Of a stretch of DNA of 64,000 nt, positions 15,476 to 29,364 are shown piece by piece. Each line of letters starts with the position of its first letter. Positions within the stretch are counted from its first letter, which is position 1. Below the pieces are notes generated by a model. It saw nothing but the letters and a program-made list of their open reading frames with translations, ran no database searches and was not told where the DNA came from. Made by a program: the position numbers and the translations under genes. The stretch is from Eledone cirrhosa (Eukaryota), in assembly GCA_964016885.1 (NCBI GenBank), contig OZ024766.1, forward strand, positions 186,001 through 250,000, given 5' to 3'.

Positions 15476-15701
15476 GTATATATATGTATATATATACATA
15501 TGTATATATATATATATACATATCTACACATATATATATATATATATCTACACATATCTACACATATATATCTACATATATATATATATATATATATATA
15601 TCTACACATATATATATATATATATATATCTACACATATATATATATATCTACATATGTGTGTTTTCATAAGTTTGCATTCACCTATAAGTCAGTGCTTT
15701 A

Positions 15702-15747
<46 letters not shown>

Positions 15748-15763
15748 TCCCTCTCTCTCTCTC

Positions 15764-15808
<45 letters not shown>

Positions 15809-15902
15809 ATATGCTTCGATCTTTCCCGGTGGGAGCTGTTTAAAAGAAGTGTTTCCGTAGGAAAAGTACAGGAAACGAGAGTGCTCTATGTAGGCTACAG
15901 AG

Positions 15903-16088
15903 CTTATTAGTTATGTAATAAACAATATAAGATAATTTTTCATTTACCAGTGGTTTCTTGAAGGCAGATATTTATGTCTTCAGTCGTCAGTTAATCTGAC
16001 GACCAAAGCCAGACATAAATATCTGCCTTCAAGAAACCATTGGTAAATGAAATAATTATCTTATGTCGTTTATTACATAACTTATAAG
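15903..16088. repeat. Long imperfect inverted repeat (~85-bp arms)
   Basis: ttatgtaataaac...tttcatttaccagtggtttcttgaaggcagatatttatgtct versus agacataaatatctgccttcaagaaaccattggtaaatgaaa...gtttattacataa; centre gtcgtcag-ttaat-ctgacgac. Confidence 0.85.
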
Positions 16089-17190
16089 TCAGCAGCAGCG
16101 TAGTAAGTAAGGCTATCAAAGATATGAAAACAGGGAAGGCAACCGGTCCATCGGGTATAGCTGCCGAGATGCTGAATGCATCTGGGTCTGTAGGTCACAC
16201 TATAACCACACGTATTGTTAACCAGGTAATTCTAGGTGTCATACCAAAGGATTGGTGCAGTAGCATCATTGTCAACTGCTACAAGGGTAAAGGTGATGCA
16301 CTAGATAGAGGAAACTATAGAGGTATAAAGCTGATGGACCAGGTCATGAAAGTAACGGAAAGAGTTATAGCACAGTTGATTAGGGACCGGGTGAAACTAG
16401 ATGAGGTGCAATTTGGGTTTTGTACCAGGAAAAGGTACCACTGATGCCCTCTTCCTTGTGAGGCAGGTACAGGAAAAGTACCTAGCTAAAAGTAAGCCAC
16501 ACTACCTAGCATTGGTCGATCTGGGGAAAGCCTTTGACACAGTCCCCCGTGCTATAATCTGGTGGGTCTTAGAAAACTAGGAGTAGATGAATGGCTTGTG
16601 AAAGCTGTACAAGCCATGTATAGGGGAGCAGTCAGCAAAGTTAGAGTTAGCAATGAATATAGCGAGGAATTTAGCATACAGGTCGGTGTCCACCAGGGCT
16701 CTGTTCTTAGCCCTCTCCTGTTCATCATAGTCCTGCAGGCAATAACGGAGGAGTTTAAGACCGGATGCCGATGGGAACTCCTGTATGCAGATGATCTCGC
16801 ACTTATAGCTGAATCCATGGTGGAACTAGAGAAGAAATTCCAAACTTGGAAGCAGGGACTAGAAAGAAAGGGTATCAAAGTCAACCTGACAAAGACTAAG
16901 GTTCTTGTAAGTAGACGAGAAAACAGAACCCAGATCTCCTCAGGGAAATGGCCTCGTTCAGTATGTAGGAAAGGTGTAGGTAGGAACTCCATCCTCTGCC
17001 CCAAATGCAAACAATGGGTACACAAGAGATGTAGTGGGATCTCAGGAAGTTTAACTAAGAATGTAGGCTTCACATGTAGCAGCTGTACTGGGACAGCAAG
17101 CAGCAAACAACCACAGGAAACAAGCACCACCAAACTCTGGGAGGGCTCTGTAGACACAGTAGACAGCTTCTGCTACCTAGGTGACCGAAT
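16089..17190 (+). mobile_element. RTE-clade LINE reverse transcriptase fragment (frameshifted, truncated)
   Basis: MKTGKATGPSGIAAEML, KGKGDALDRGNYRGIKL, QFGF, frameshift near 16420, VDLGKAFDTVPR, GVHQGSVLSPLLF, LLYADDL, then FCYLGD before it ends in (TA)n. Confidence 0.95.
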
Positions 17191-17334
17191 TATATATATA
17201 TGTGTGTGTGTGTTATGTGTTATATGCATAATATTCCCCGACACATAGGTAATACACATGTAAAGTTTGAAAAAAATCTGTTGGATACTTCTCGAGTTTT
17301 AGGGATTCACACACACACACACACACGCACACAC

Positions 17335-17678
17335 CACACCATACCACACCACACGGCACCACACGGCACCACACGACACAACACCACACGACACCACACG
17401 ACACCACACCACACCACACCACACCACACCACACCACACCACACCACACCACACCACACCACACCACACCACACCACACCACACCACACCACACCACACC
17501 ACACCACACCACACCACACACACCACACGACACCACACACACCACACCACACCACACCACACCACACCACACCACACCACACCACACCACACCACACCAC
17601 ACCACACCACACCACACCACACCACACCACACCACACCACACCACACCACACCACACCACACCACACCACACCACACA
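17335..17678 (+). repeat. (CACAC)n pentanucleotide microsatellite
   Basis: Directly visible acacc repeats. Confidence 0.95.
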
Positions 17679-18198
17679 CATCCTCAGTTTTATATATAGA
17701 GATTATATAGTAGCTGTCTCAATAAATCAATGAATTACCACTACAATTGATCCATTCGTTCACCCAACGGGCTCCCATTCCACACAATTTCTGTCTATCC
17801 AATTTCTCTGACATGACATAGGCAAACCCTGGGCTGTTCGTAAATAACACTTGACTTTACCCGACCTTGATCCCATGCGGAGGGATTGAACACCAGACTT
17901 AATAATAGTCAAACAAGCCTCTTAACTACTTAACCAGTTTTCTATTATTTGCCAACTCGAAATAATTCATGTCTTATGAAAATATGTCATTGTTGGGTCT
18001 TAGAATCTATATTAAGCCGACAGATTTTGGCTAAATTTCAAGAAAGTAATTAAACATCTTAGAAATCAAATAGATTTTGAAGATCAATAAATTTGAAATA
18101 TTTGAAAATGTAGTCACCAAAATGCAAATAACTATCATAATAGTTTTATATTTAATGTGAAGCATTGTGAGGAAAGTCTTATTGCAGTAAATGTTAAA

Positions 18199-18482
18199 AT
18201 CATCATCACCATCATCATCATCATCCTTTTATGTCCGCTTTTCCCTGCTTGCAAGGGTGGGACGGGTCCTATTCAGCACAGCATCTCTCCACTTGTCACG
18301 GTCCTTCGTCATCTCCTCCGTGAGCTTCAGCGATCTGAGGTCTGCTCTCACCACCTCCGCCCATGATTTTCGTGGTCTTCCTCTACTGCGTCTTCCCTCC
18401 ACTGGGATTTCTTGGCACTTCTTCACCCATCGGTCATCCTCCATGTGCATCACATGTCCATACCATCTCAGCCTTCTCTCCT
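18199..18482 (-). mobile_element. RTE LINE 3' end with (GAT)n tail
   Basis: RLRWYGHVMHMEDDRWVKKC...GRPRKSWAEVVRADL...RDKWR...RPTLASREKRT, then (gat)n. Confidence 0.9.
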
Positions 18483-18560
18483 GATATGTATTTCAAAAAT
18501 CTGGTACAATCTGGAAGAAATATATAGAAGACACTGATGATAATACATAGATATAGATAT

Positions 18561-18602
<42 letters not shown>

Positions 18603-18635
18603 GTATATTTATGTGTTTATATACATATATGTGTG

Positions 18636-18666
<31 letters not shown>

Positions 18667-18829
18667 GTATGTATGTGTGTGTGTATATATATGTATATGT
18701 GTTAATATTGATATATATATATTTATTGATATATATATATATTGATATATATATATATTGATATATATATATATTTATATATATATATTTATATATATAT
18801 ATTTATATTTATATATTTATATATTTATA

Positions 18830-18886
<57 letters not shown>

Positions 18887-19169
18887 TTATATATATATAT
18901 ATTTATATATATATATATTTAATTATATATATATATTTTTATTTATATATATACATATTTATTTATGTATATATTTAATTATATATATATATTTTTATTT
19001 ATATATATATTTATTTATATATATACATATGTATATATTTATTTATATATATACATATTTATATATATATATATATTTATTTATATATTTATATATATAT
19101 ATTTATTTATATATATATTTATTTATATCTATATTTATTTATATCTATATTTATTTATATATATTTATT

Positions 19170-19220
<51 letters not shown>

Positions 19221-19914
19221 ATTTATTTATATATATATATATTTATATATATATATATTTATATATATATATATTTATTTATTTATATATATATTTATTT
19301 ATATATATATATATATATTTATTTATATATATATATATATATTTATTATATATATATATATATTTATTGATATTTATATATATATATTTATTGATATTTA
19401 TATATATATATTTATTGATATATATATATATATATTTATTGATACATATATATATATATATTTATTTATATATATATATATTTATTGATATATATATATA
19501 TATATTTATTGATATATATATATATATATATTTATCTATTGATATATATATATATATATATATTTATAGTAATAATAATAAATGTGAAGACTAAAATCCA
19601 AAGTGGACTCGATAAGGATAAATATATAACGACGTATTATCTTAGCTTTTTCCCATTCATTGCCAGGGAACGTCTTCACACGCCAAAGTATCGTCTTCCT
19701 GTTTTCATTCAGTTGCAACGTTTTTCAAAACATTTACTTCTGCGTTTACAGATTGATTTTTTTTTAGTTTCAGAAGATCCTGTTAAGGGCAAAAGCAATG
19801 ATTCTTTGCTTAGACTTTAATCTGTTGTTTTAATAAATTTATATATATATATTTATTTATATATATATTTATTTATATATATATATATTTATTTATATAT
19901 ATATATATTTATTC

Positions 19915-19945
<31 letters not shown>

Positions 19946-19967
19946 TATATACATATATATATATATA

Positions 19968-20115
19968 TCATCATCATCATCATCATCGCAAGGGTGGAAT
20001 GGGTCTTATTCAGCACAGCATCTCTCCACTCGTCACGGTGCTCCACCGTGAGCTTCAAAGATCTGAGGTCTGTTCTCACCACCTCCGCCCATGTTTTTCG
20101 TGGTCTACCTCTACC

Positions 20116-20116
<1 letters not shown>
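19968..20116 (-). mobile_element. RTE LINE 3' end fragment
   Basis: Diverged copy of about 18250-18385 (attcagcacagcatctctccact...gatctgaggtctg.tctcaccacctccgccc) with (cat)n. Confidence 0.85.
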
Positions 20117-20149
<33 letters not shown>

Positions 20150-20174
20150 TCATATTTATATATATATGTATATT

Positions 20175-20223
<49 letters not shown>

Positions 20224-20230
20224 TCATATT

Positions 20231-20395
<165 letters not shown>

Positions 20396-20693
20396 ATATT
20401 CATATATATATATATATTCATATATATATATATATATTCATATATATATGTATATATATATATATATATATTCATAACGGCAATGAATTAGTTTTGTGAG
20501 GTTTTTGATATGGAATCATGTCGAAACAAATATTGTTATACTTGGGGAGGGTCATATTGTTGTAATATTGCCAGAAATAATAACAGAACACAATCACTGT
20601 TTGGTTGGTTTTTGCTTTTGGCTTCTGTGTCTTTTATATCGGTTAATCTAATTTATTCGGTCCTCAATGGCAACATTGACTGACCAACGGTCA

Positions 20694-20784
20694 AAAATAA
20701 TACCGATACAATATAGACACAAACACATATATATTGATAAACTATATATATGTGTTTGTGTCTATATTGTATCGGTATTATTTT
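20694..20784. repeat. Perfect ~40-bp-arm hairpin/palindrome
   Basis: aaaataataccgatacaatatagacacaaacacatatata / tatatatgtgtttgtgtctatattgtatcggtattatttt. Confidence 0.9.
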
Positions 20785-20902
20785 ATGTATATGATATATA
20801 TATATGATATATATGATATATATAATATATATATATGATTTAGATTAAATTCAGTTTGATTTATCTTAATTTTGGATATAGATATATATATATATATATT
20901 TA

Positions 20903-20951
<49 letters not shown>

Positions 20952-21203
20952 TCATATATATATATATTCATGTATATATATATATATTTATTCATATATA
21001 TATATATTTATTCATATATATATATATTTATTCATATATATATTTATTCCTATATATATATATATTTATTCATATATATATAGTATATATATAGTATATA
21101 TAGTATATAGTGTATGTATATATATATATATATATATTGATATATATATATATTGATATATATATATATATATATTTATTGATATATATATATATACATA
21201 TAT

Positions 21204-21257
<54 letters not shown>

Positions 21258-21394
21258 ATATATTGATATATATATTGATATATTGATATATATATTGATA
21301 TATTGATATATATATATATATTTATATATATATTTATATATATATTTATATATATATTTATATATATATTTATATATATATTTATATATATATT

Positions 21395-21427
<33 letters not shown>

Positions 21428-21584
21428 TTATATATATATTTATATATATATTTATATATATATTTATATATATATTTATATATATTTATATATATATTTA
21501 TATATATTTATATATATATTTATATATATATTTATATATATTTATATATATTTATATATATTATATTATATGATTTTTTTTTTG

Positions 21585-21728
21585 AAATGCGCATAATAAA
21601 ATACATGGAACTCTTTTAACCATCTTTTGATTTTATATATTATTTGTACTCCAGTCCTACAAACTGTAGAGTGCTACTTATCCGATATCTGCATTGCTTT
21701 ATTGTACTACAATAAAACTCACCTCCTA
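21585..21728 (+). repeat. Interspersed repeat; second copy at 43070-43400
   Basis: gcataataaaatacatggaactc...gtactccagtcc.acaaactgtagagtgct.cttatccgatatctgcattgctttattgtactacaataaaactcacctccta is nearly identical at 43262-43400; both end in (TA)n. Confidence 0.85.
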
Positions 21729-22367
21729 TATATATATTTATATATAAATATATATATATATATATTTATATATATATTTATATATATATATATATTTATT
21801 TATTAATATATATATATATTTATATATATATATATATTATTTATTAATATATATATTTATATATATATATATATTTATTTATTAATATATATATATATTT
21901 ATATATATATATATATATATTTATATATTATATATTTATATATATATATTATATTTATTTATATATATATTTATATATTAATATATATATTATATATTTA
22001 TATATATATTATATTTATATACATATATATATTATATATATATATTATATATATTTTATATTTATATATATTTTATATATATATATATTATATATTTATA
22101 TATATTTTATATTTATATATATTTTATATTTATATATATTTTATATTTATATATATTTTATATTTATATATATATATATCATATATTTCTATATATTTTA
22201 TATTTATATATATTTTATATTTATATATATATATATATTATATATTTATATATATTTTATATTTATATATATTTTATATATATATTTTATATTTATATAT
22301 ATTTTATATTTATATATATTTTATATTTATATATATATATATTATATATTTATATATATTATATATT

Positions 22368-22439
<72 letters not shown>

Positions 22440-23181
22440 TATATATCAAATGAAACCATACCTCTAATGACATTATATACTAGAGAGCTATCTACTTCAC
22501 TGAAACCATGTATAGCATAAACAATGGGTGTATATATATATGTGTGTAAAAATATACTCAGTAGCGTACACGAACAATGAGTGTATATATATATATGTGT
22601 AAATATACACCCAATAGCGTACCCATGACATCAAAAATAATGACAGCTTTATTAATCAGATAAAAATTCTGGTCTTCATATTTGAAAAATTTGTAAGATA
22701 TACTATCTCTAACACCTGACATACTATATATATATATATATATGTGTATATATATATGTGTTTGTATGTATATATATGTGTGTGTATGTGTATATATATA
22801 TATATGTGTGTATGTATGTGTATATATATATGTGTTTGTATGTATATATATGTGTGTGTATGTGTATATATATATATATGTGTGTATGTATGTGTATATA
22901 TATATGTGTGTATGTGTGTGTATGTATATATATGTGTGTATATATGTATATATATATGTGTGTGTGTATATATATATGTGTGTATATATATGTGTGTGTA
23001 TATATGTATATATATGTGTGTATATATATATGTGTGTATATATATATGTGTTTGTATATATATATATATATATATGTGTTTGTATATATATATATATATG
23101 TGTGTGTGTATATATATATATATATGTGTGTGTGTGTATATGTATATGTGTATCTATACAGTATATGTATATATAGGTATG

Positions 23182-23212
<31 letters not shown>

Positions 23213-23239
23213 GTATAAATATGTATGTATATATATATA

Positions 23240-23270
<31 letters not shown>

Positions 23271-23294
23271 ATATATATATATATACATACAATG

Positions 23295-23327
<33 letters not shown>

Positions 23328-23452
23328 GTATATATATATATATATATATATACATACATATATATATGTATATATATATATATACATATATATATATGTA
23401 TATATATATATACATATATATATGTATATATATATATGTATATATATACATG

Positions 23453-23486
<34 letters not shown>

Positions 23487-23498
23487 CATATATATATG

Positions 23499-23534
<36 letters not shown>

Positions 23535-23546
23535 CATATATATATG

Positions 23547-23582
<36 letters not shown>

Positions 23583-23659
23583 CATATATATATGTATATA
23601 TATATATATATATGAGATTCTACAGGACTAGAACTGTTTCATTCTTTAGAAATCATCAG

Positions 23660-23708
23660 GATTCCTGATGATTTCTAAAGAATGAAACAGTTCTAGTCCT
23701 GTAGAATC
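23660..23708 (+). ncRNA. Type I hammerhead ribozyme motif inside an inverted duplication (23612-23712)
   Basis: gattc CTGATGA tttc-taaa-gaat GAAA cag-ttctagtc-ctg TA gaatc. Stem I gattc/gaatc, stem III cag/ctg, GUA triplet; U-U at 10.1-11.1 is non-canonical. Confidence 0.65.
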
Positions 23709-23837
23709 TCATCTATATTAAAACTTTTATACTCTGCAATGTATTGAGTACCTTAAGGTAACCAGAAATAACAACACAATCAGTACAGTATATGGAAGGG
23801 ATATATTAGGTTAACGCTTGATATAGCAGGAAGAGGG

Positions 23838-23873
23838 TCTTAACGTTTCGGGCGCTAGTCCTTCATCAGAAGA
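23838..23873 (-). ncRNA. Minimal hammerhead ribozyme motif (palindromic helix III, dimer type)
   Basis: Minus strand: tctt CTGATGA aggactagcgccc GAAACGTT aaga. Stem I tctt/aaga. Confidence 0.6.
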
Positions 23874-23906
23874 AAGAATGAGAAATAAAATAGATTGAGG
23901 GGACAT

Positions 23907-24228
23907 GGAGGCACATGGCTTAGTGGTTAGAACATTGGCCTTGCAATCGAAAGGTTGTGAGTTCAATTCTCAGACCGGGTGATGTGTTGTTTCCTTGAGC
24001 AAGATACTTTATTTCACATTGCTCCAGTTTACTCAGCTGTAGAAATGAGATGATAGGAACTGGGGTCCCTATCATTCCACTGCAAAGTGGTCGTGGAGGT
24101 GCCACGGCAAAAAAGAACCCAGCGCTCACTGTAAATGGGGTTGGTGTTAGGAAGGGCATCCAGCTGTAGAGGTCAAGCCAGAATCAGTTCCCGTCCCACC
24201 CTTGCAAGCAGGGAAAAGTGGACGTAAA

Positions 24229-24245
<17 letters not shown>
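23907..24245 (+). mobile_element. tRNA-derived SINE family A, full length, RTE-type 3' tail
   Basis: A box tggcttagtgg, B box gagttcaattc, core ccttgagcaaga.actttatttcacattgctccag, then aggaagggcatccagctgtaga, tail cccacccttgcaagcagggaaaagtggacgtaaaat(gat)n. Confidence 0.85.
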
Positions 24246-24260
<15 letters not shown>

Positions 24261-24589
24261 GGAATTGGAAGAAATGTCTTTAGATATATACCCTGTCAAC
24301 ATCTACACACTGTGTCTATATACACCGTCAACATCTACACAGTCTTTGCTGCTTTAGTCAATGTACTCCAATATTAGTTCAGTTCTTGAACTCAATTTGT
24401 TGGTTTTATAGAAACTTTATTACCATTTTCAATTTGGAGGTTTTCACATTTTGAAATAGAATCTTGTTTTTTTTCACATCATACTTAGAAATATCCCTGT
24501 GTGACACCAGTGTGTTGTTGGTCACAGTTTAGGGTGCTCTGGCATAGATGTGTGTGTGTGTGTGTGTGTGCCAAAACAAGACCACTCTT

Positions 24590-25205
24590 AATGTTAGTGC
24601 TATAATAAAATGCACCCTGTACACTCTGTAAAGTGGTAGTGTTGGTGTCATGACAACATACACCCAGTACACTCTGTAAAATGGTAGTGTTCGTGCTATA
24701 ATAAAATGCACCCAGTACACTCTGTAAAGTGGTAGTGTTAGTGCTATAATAAAATGCACCCAGTACACTCTGTAAAGTGGTAGTGTTGGTGTCATGATAA
24801 CATACACCCAGTACACTCTGTAAAGTGGTAGTGTTGGTGTCATAACATACACCCAGTACACTCTGTAAAGTGGTAGTGTTGGTGTCATGATAACATACAC
24901 CCAGTACACTCTGTAAAGTGGTAGTGTTGGTGTCATGATAACATACACCCAGTACACTCTGTAAAGTGGTAGTGTTGGTGTCATGATAACATACACCCAG
25001 TACACTCTGTAAAGTGGTAGTGTTGGTGTCATGATAACATACACCCAGTACACTCTGTAAAGTGGTAGTGTTGGTGTCATGATAACATACACCCAGTACA
25101 CTCTGTAAAGTGGTAGTGTTAGTGCCATGATAAAATACACCCAGTACACTCTGTAAAGTGGTAGTGTTAGTGCCATGATAATATACGCCCAGTACACTCT
25201 GTGGA
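24590..25205 (+). repeat. 48-bp tandem minisatellite, ~12 copies, SINE-A related
   Basis: Unit cacccagtacactctgtaaagtggtagtgttggtgtcatgataacata. Confidence 0.9.
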
Positions 25206-25581
25206 GTGGTAATCAAATTGAAGACTTTATAGGGCATAGGGTGTAAGAAGAGGGCCCTTCAATATTGTCAAGTACATGACCCCTTTTTCTGCTGCTTGAG
25301 GAAAAACTAAATTTTTGAAATATTATTATTTCACTTTCCAGCATATCTGTAATATGTCTTAATGGGTCGTTAATTAAACAATGGGGTGGTGGGGTGGGGC
25401 TGGGGGGTTAGATGGTTGTGATGTGGCTGAGGGCATCAATTGACCTTAATCCAGCCTTGCTTCAGTATATGTTTGTTTATTTATTTATTTATTTGTTTGT
25501 TTGTTTGTTTGTTTGTTTGTTTGTTTGTTTGTTTGTTTGCATACATATATACATCATCATCAACATCTTCATCATCTTCAT

Positions 25582-25616
<35 letters not shown>

Positions 25617-25789
25617 TTTGTATGCATACATTCATCATCATCATCATCATCATCAACAACAACACCGTGTTAGCATTCTTGTAATCTCCGACAGAATATA
25701 AAACATCTGAGGCCTCCTGCATGAATTTTGCATTCTTTAAATATTTTTTTAAGGCTTAGTGAGAAGGATAAGGACAGGTGCCCCCCCCC

Positions 25790-26545
25790 CCCCAGCCCTG
25801 CCTGACTTACCATACAACCCATATACCCATATAAAAAATGATCCCATATAAAAGTCAGCTCTGTAATTTTTGCAACCACCTGACACACTATACACCCATA
25901 TAAAGATATAAAGACTGATCCCATATGTTTGCAGCCCCACATTCATCCTGACTGACTTACCATACACACCTGTATACTCTATAGAAAAATTGATCCCATA
26001 TAAAATTTAGACCCCTAATTTTTGCCCCCCCCCCCCCCCCCCCAGTCCTGACTGACTTACCATACATACCATATACTCTATAAATTGATCCCATATAAAA
26101 TTTAGACCCCTAATTTTTGCCCCCCCCCCCCCAGTCCTGACTGACTTACCATACATACCATATACTCTATAAATTGATCCCATATAAAATTTAGACCCCT
26201 AATTTCTGCACACACCCCTCAGTCCTGACTGACTTACCATACATACCATATACTCTATAAATTGATCCCATATAAAATTTAGACCCCTAATTTCTGCACA
26301 CACCCCTCAGTCCTGACTGACTTACCATACATACCATATACTCTATAAATTGATCCCATATAAAATAGAGACCCCTAGTTTTTGCACACACCCCCCCAGT
26401 CCTGACTGACTTACCATACATACCATATATTCCATGTAAAGGTTGAGCTGGTATAAAAGTGAAACCCCCTAATTTTTGCAGCCCAGCCCCACCCTTACCA
26501 TGCCATATATAAAGGTTGATCCCACATAAAAGTCAGCCCCCCCCC
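25790..26545 (+). repeat. ~88-bp tandem repeat, ~8 copies, with variable poly-C
   Basis: cctgactgacttaccatacataccatatactctataaattgatcccatataaaatttagacccctaatt; period 88 (26221 to 26309). Confidence 0.9.
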
Positions 26546-26645
26546 CCCGGATAAAATAAAGTACCAGTAATGCACTGGGTTATTGCTGGTCTTGTGCCAT
26601 AAAGTAGAAACAGTTATTACGGCACCAAAACAACCATTTAATGGA

Positions 26646-29224
26646 GTGGACTGGGTACTTCTGTTGGTGTGGCACTAGTGGGACCACCTTACAGGGTGGA
26701 CTGGGTACTTGTGTTGCTGTGGGACTAGTGTGACCACCTTACAGGGTGGACTGGGTACTTGTGTTGGTGTGGGACTAGTGTGACCACCTTACAGGGTGGA
26801 CTGGGTACTTGTGTTGCTGTGGCACTAGTGTGATCACCTTACAGGGTGGACTGGGTACTTGTGTTGTTGTGGAACTAGTGTGACCACCTTACAGGGTGGA
26901 CTGGGTACTTGTGTTGCTGTGGCACTAGTGTGACCACCTTACAGGGTGGACTGGGTACTTGTGTTGCTGTGGCACTAGTGTGACCACCTTACAGGGTGGA
27001 CTGGGTACTTGTGTTGTTGTGGAACTAGTGTGACCACCTTACAGGGTGGACTGGGTACTTGTGTTGTTGTGGCATTAGTGTGACCACCTTACAGGGTGGA
27101 CTGGGTACTTCTGTTGCTGTGGCACTAGTGTGACCACCTTACAGGGTGGACTGGGTACTTGTGTTGTTGTGGCACTAGTGTGACCACCTTACAGGGTGGA
27201 CTGGGTACTTCTGTTGTTGTGGCACTAGTGTGACCACCTTACAGGGTGGACTGGGTACTTCTGTTGCTGTGGCACTAGTGTGACCACCTTACAGGGTGGA
27301 CTAGGTACTTGTGTTGTTGTGGCACTAGTGTGACCACCTTACAGGGTGGACTGGGTACTTGTGTTGTTGTGGCACTAGTGTGACCACCTTACAGGGTGGA
27401 CTGGGTACTTCTGTTGCTGTGGCACTAGTGTGACCACCTTACAGGGTGGACTGGGTACTTCTGTTGGTGTGGCACTAGTGTGACCACCTTACAGGGTGGA
27501 CTGGGTACTTGTGTTGCTGTGGCACTAGTGTGACCACCTTACAGGGTGGACTGGGTACTTGTGTTCGTGTGGCACTAGTATGACCACCTTACAGGGTGGA
27601 CTGGGTACTTGTGTTGCTGTGGCACTAGTATGACCACATTACAGGGTGGACTGGGTACTTCTGTTGCTGTGGCACTAGTGTGACCACCTTACAGGGTGGA
27701 CTGGGTACTTGTGTTGTTGTGGCACTAGTGTGACCACCTTACAGGGTGGACTGGGTACTTGTGTTGTTGTGGCACTAGTGTGACCACCTTACAGGGTGGA
27801 CTGGGTACTTGTGTTGTTGTGGCACTAGTGTGACCACCTTACAGGGTGGACTGGGTACATCTGTTGTTGTGGCACTAGTGTGACCACCTTACAGGGTGGA
27901 CTGGGTACTTCTGTTGCTGTGGCACTAGTGTGACCACCTTACAGGGTGGACTGGGTACTTGTGTTGTTGTGGCACTAGTGTGACCACCTTACAGGGTGGA
28001 CTGGGTACTTGTGTTGTTGTGGCACTAGTGTGACCACCTTACAGGGTGGACTGGGTACTTCTGTTGCTGTGGCACTAGTGTGACCACCTTACAGGGTGGA
28101 CTGGGTACTTCTGTTGGTGTGGCACTAGTGTGACCACATTACAGGGTGGACTGGGTACTTGTGTTACTGTGGCACTAGTGTGACCACCTTACAGGGTGGA
28201 CTGAGTACTTGTGTTGCTGTGGCACTAGTGTGACCACCTTACAGGGTGGACTGGGTACTTGTGTTGCTGTGGCACTAGTGTGACCACCTTACAGGGTGGA
28301 CTGGGTACTTGTGTTGCTGTGGCACTAGTGTGAACACCTTACAGGGTGGACTGGGTACTTGTGTTCGTGTCGCACTAGTATGACCACCTTACAGGGTGGA
28401 CTGGGTACTTGTGTTGCTGTGGCACTAGTATGACCACATTACAGGGTGGACTGGGTACTTGTGTTGTTGTGGCACTAGTGTGACCACCTTACAGGGTGGA
28501 CTGGGTACTTGTGTTGCTGTGGCACTAGTATGACCACCTTACAGGGTGGACTGGGTACTTGTGTTGCTGTGGCACTAGTGTGACCACCTTACAGGGTGGA
28601 CTGGGTACTTGTGTTGCTGTGGCACTAGTGTGACCACCTTACAGAGTGGACTGGGTACTTGTGTTGCTGTGGCTCTAGTGTGACCACCTTACAGGGTGGA
28701 CTGGGTACTTCTGTTGGTGTGGCACTAGTGTGACCACCTTACAGGGTGGACTGGGTACTTGTGTTGTTGTGGCACTAGTGTGACCACCTTACAGGGTGGA
28801 CTGGGTACTTCTGTTGCTGTGGCACTAGTGTGACCACCTGACATGGTGGACTGGGTACTTCTGTTGGTGTGGCACTAGTGTGACCACCTTACAGGGTGGA
28901 CTGGGTACTTGTGTTGTTGTGGCACTAGTATGACCACCTTACAGGGTGGACTGGGTACTTCTGTTGCTGTGGCACTAGTATGACCACCTTACAGGGTGGA
29001 CTGGGTACTTCTGTTGCTGTGGCACTAGTATGACCACCTTACAGGGTGGACTGGGAACTTGTATTGCTGTGGCACTAGTGTGACCACCTTACAGGGTGGA
29101 CTGGGTACTTGTGTTGCTGTGGCACTAGTGTGACCACCTTACAGGGTGGACTGGGTACTTGTGTTGCTGTGGCACTAGTGTGACCACCTTACAGGGTGGA
29201 CTGGGTACTTGTGTTGGTGTGGCA
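26646..29224 (+). repeat. 50-bp tandem satellite, ~51 copies
   Basis: Unit acagggtggactgggtacttgtgttgctgtggcactagtgtgaccacctt with constant 50-bp period. Confidence 0.97.
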
Positions 29225-29364
29225 GCAGCCTAGTGGAAAATGAGATGTGGAGCGTGCCTAATCTTTCCATACTTGTATGGGTGAGATAGGCAGGAGAGGT
29301 GCATCAGGAGGGAATGTTGGACATCTTAAAGTGTTTATCTAAAAACCTTCCATCATGATTTTAT

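Noticed and set aside
16089-18482. Single LINE with 5' inversion joining the + RT fragment and the - 3' end
   Set aside because: The + fragment lies beyond the tail of the - fragment, which is the wrong geometry for twin priming; treated as independent insertions.
23907-23980. tRNA gene
   Set aside because: A and B boxes are present but there is no complete cloverleaf, and the sequence continues into a SINE body repeated elsewhere.
26646-29224. Regular array resembling CRISPR
   Set aside because: No unique spacers, no cas genes, eukaryotic context; it is a head-to-tail 50-bp satellite.
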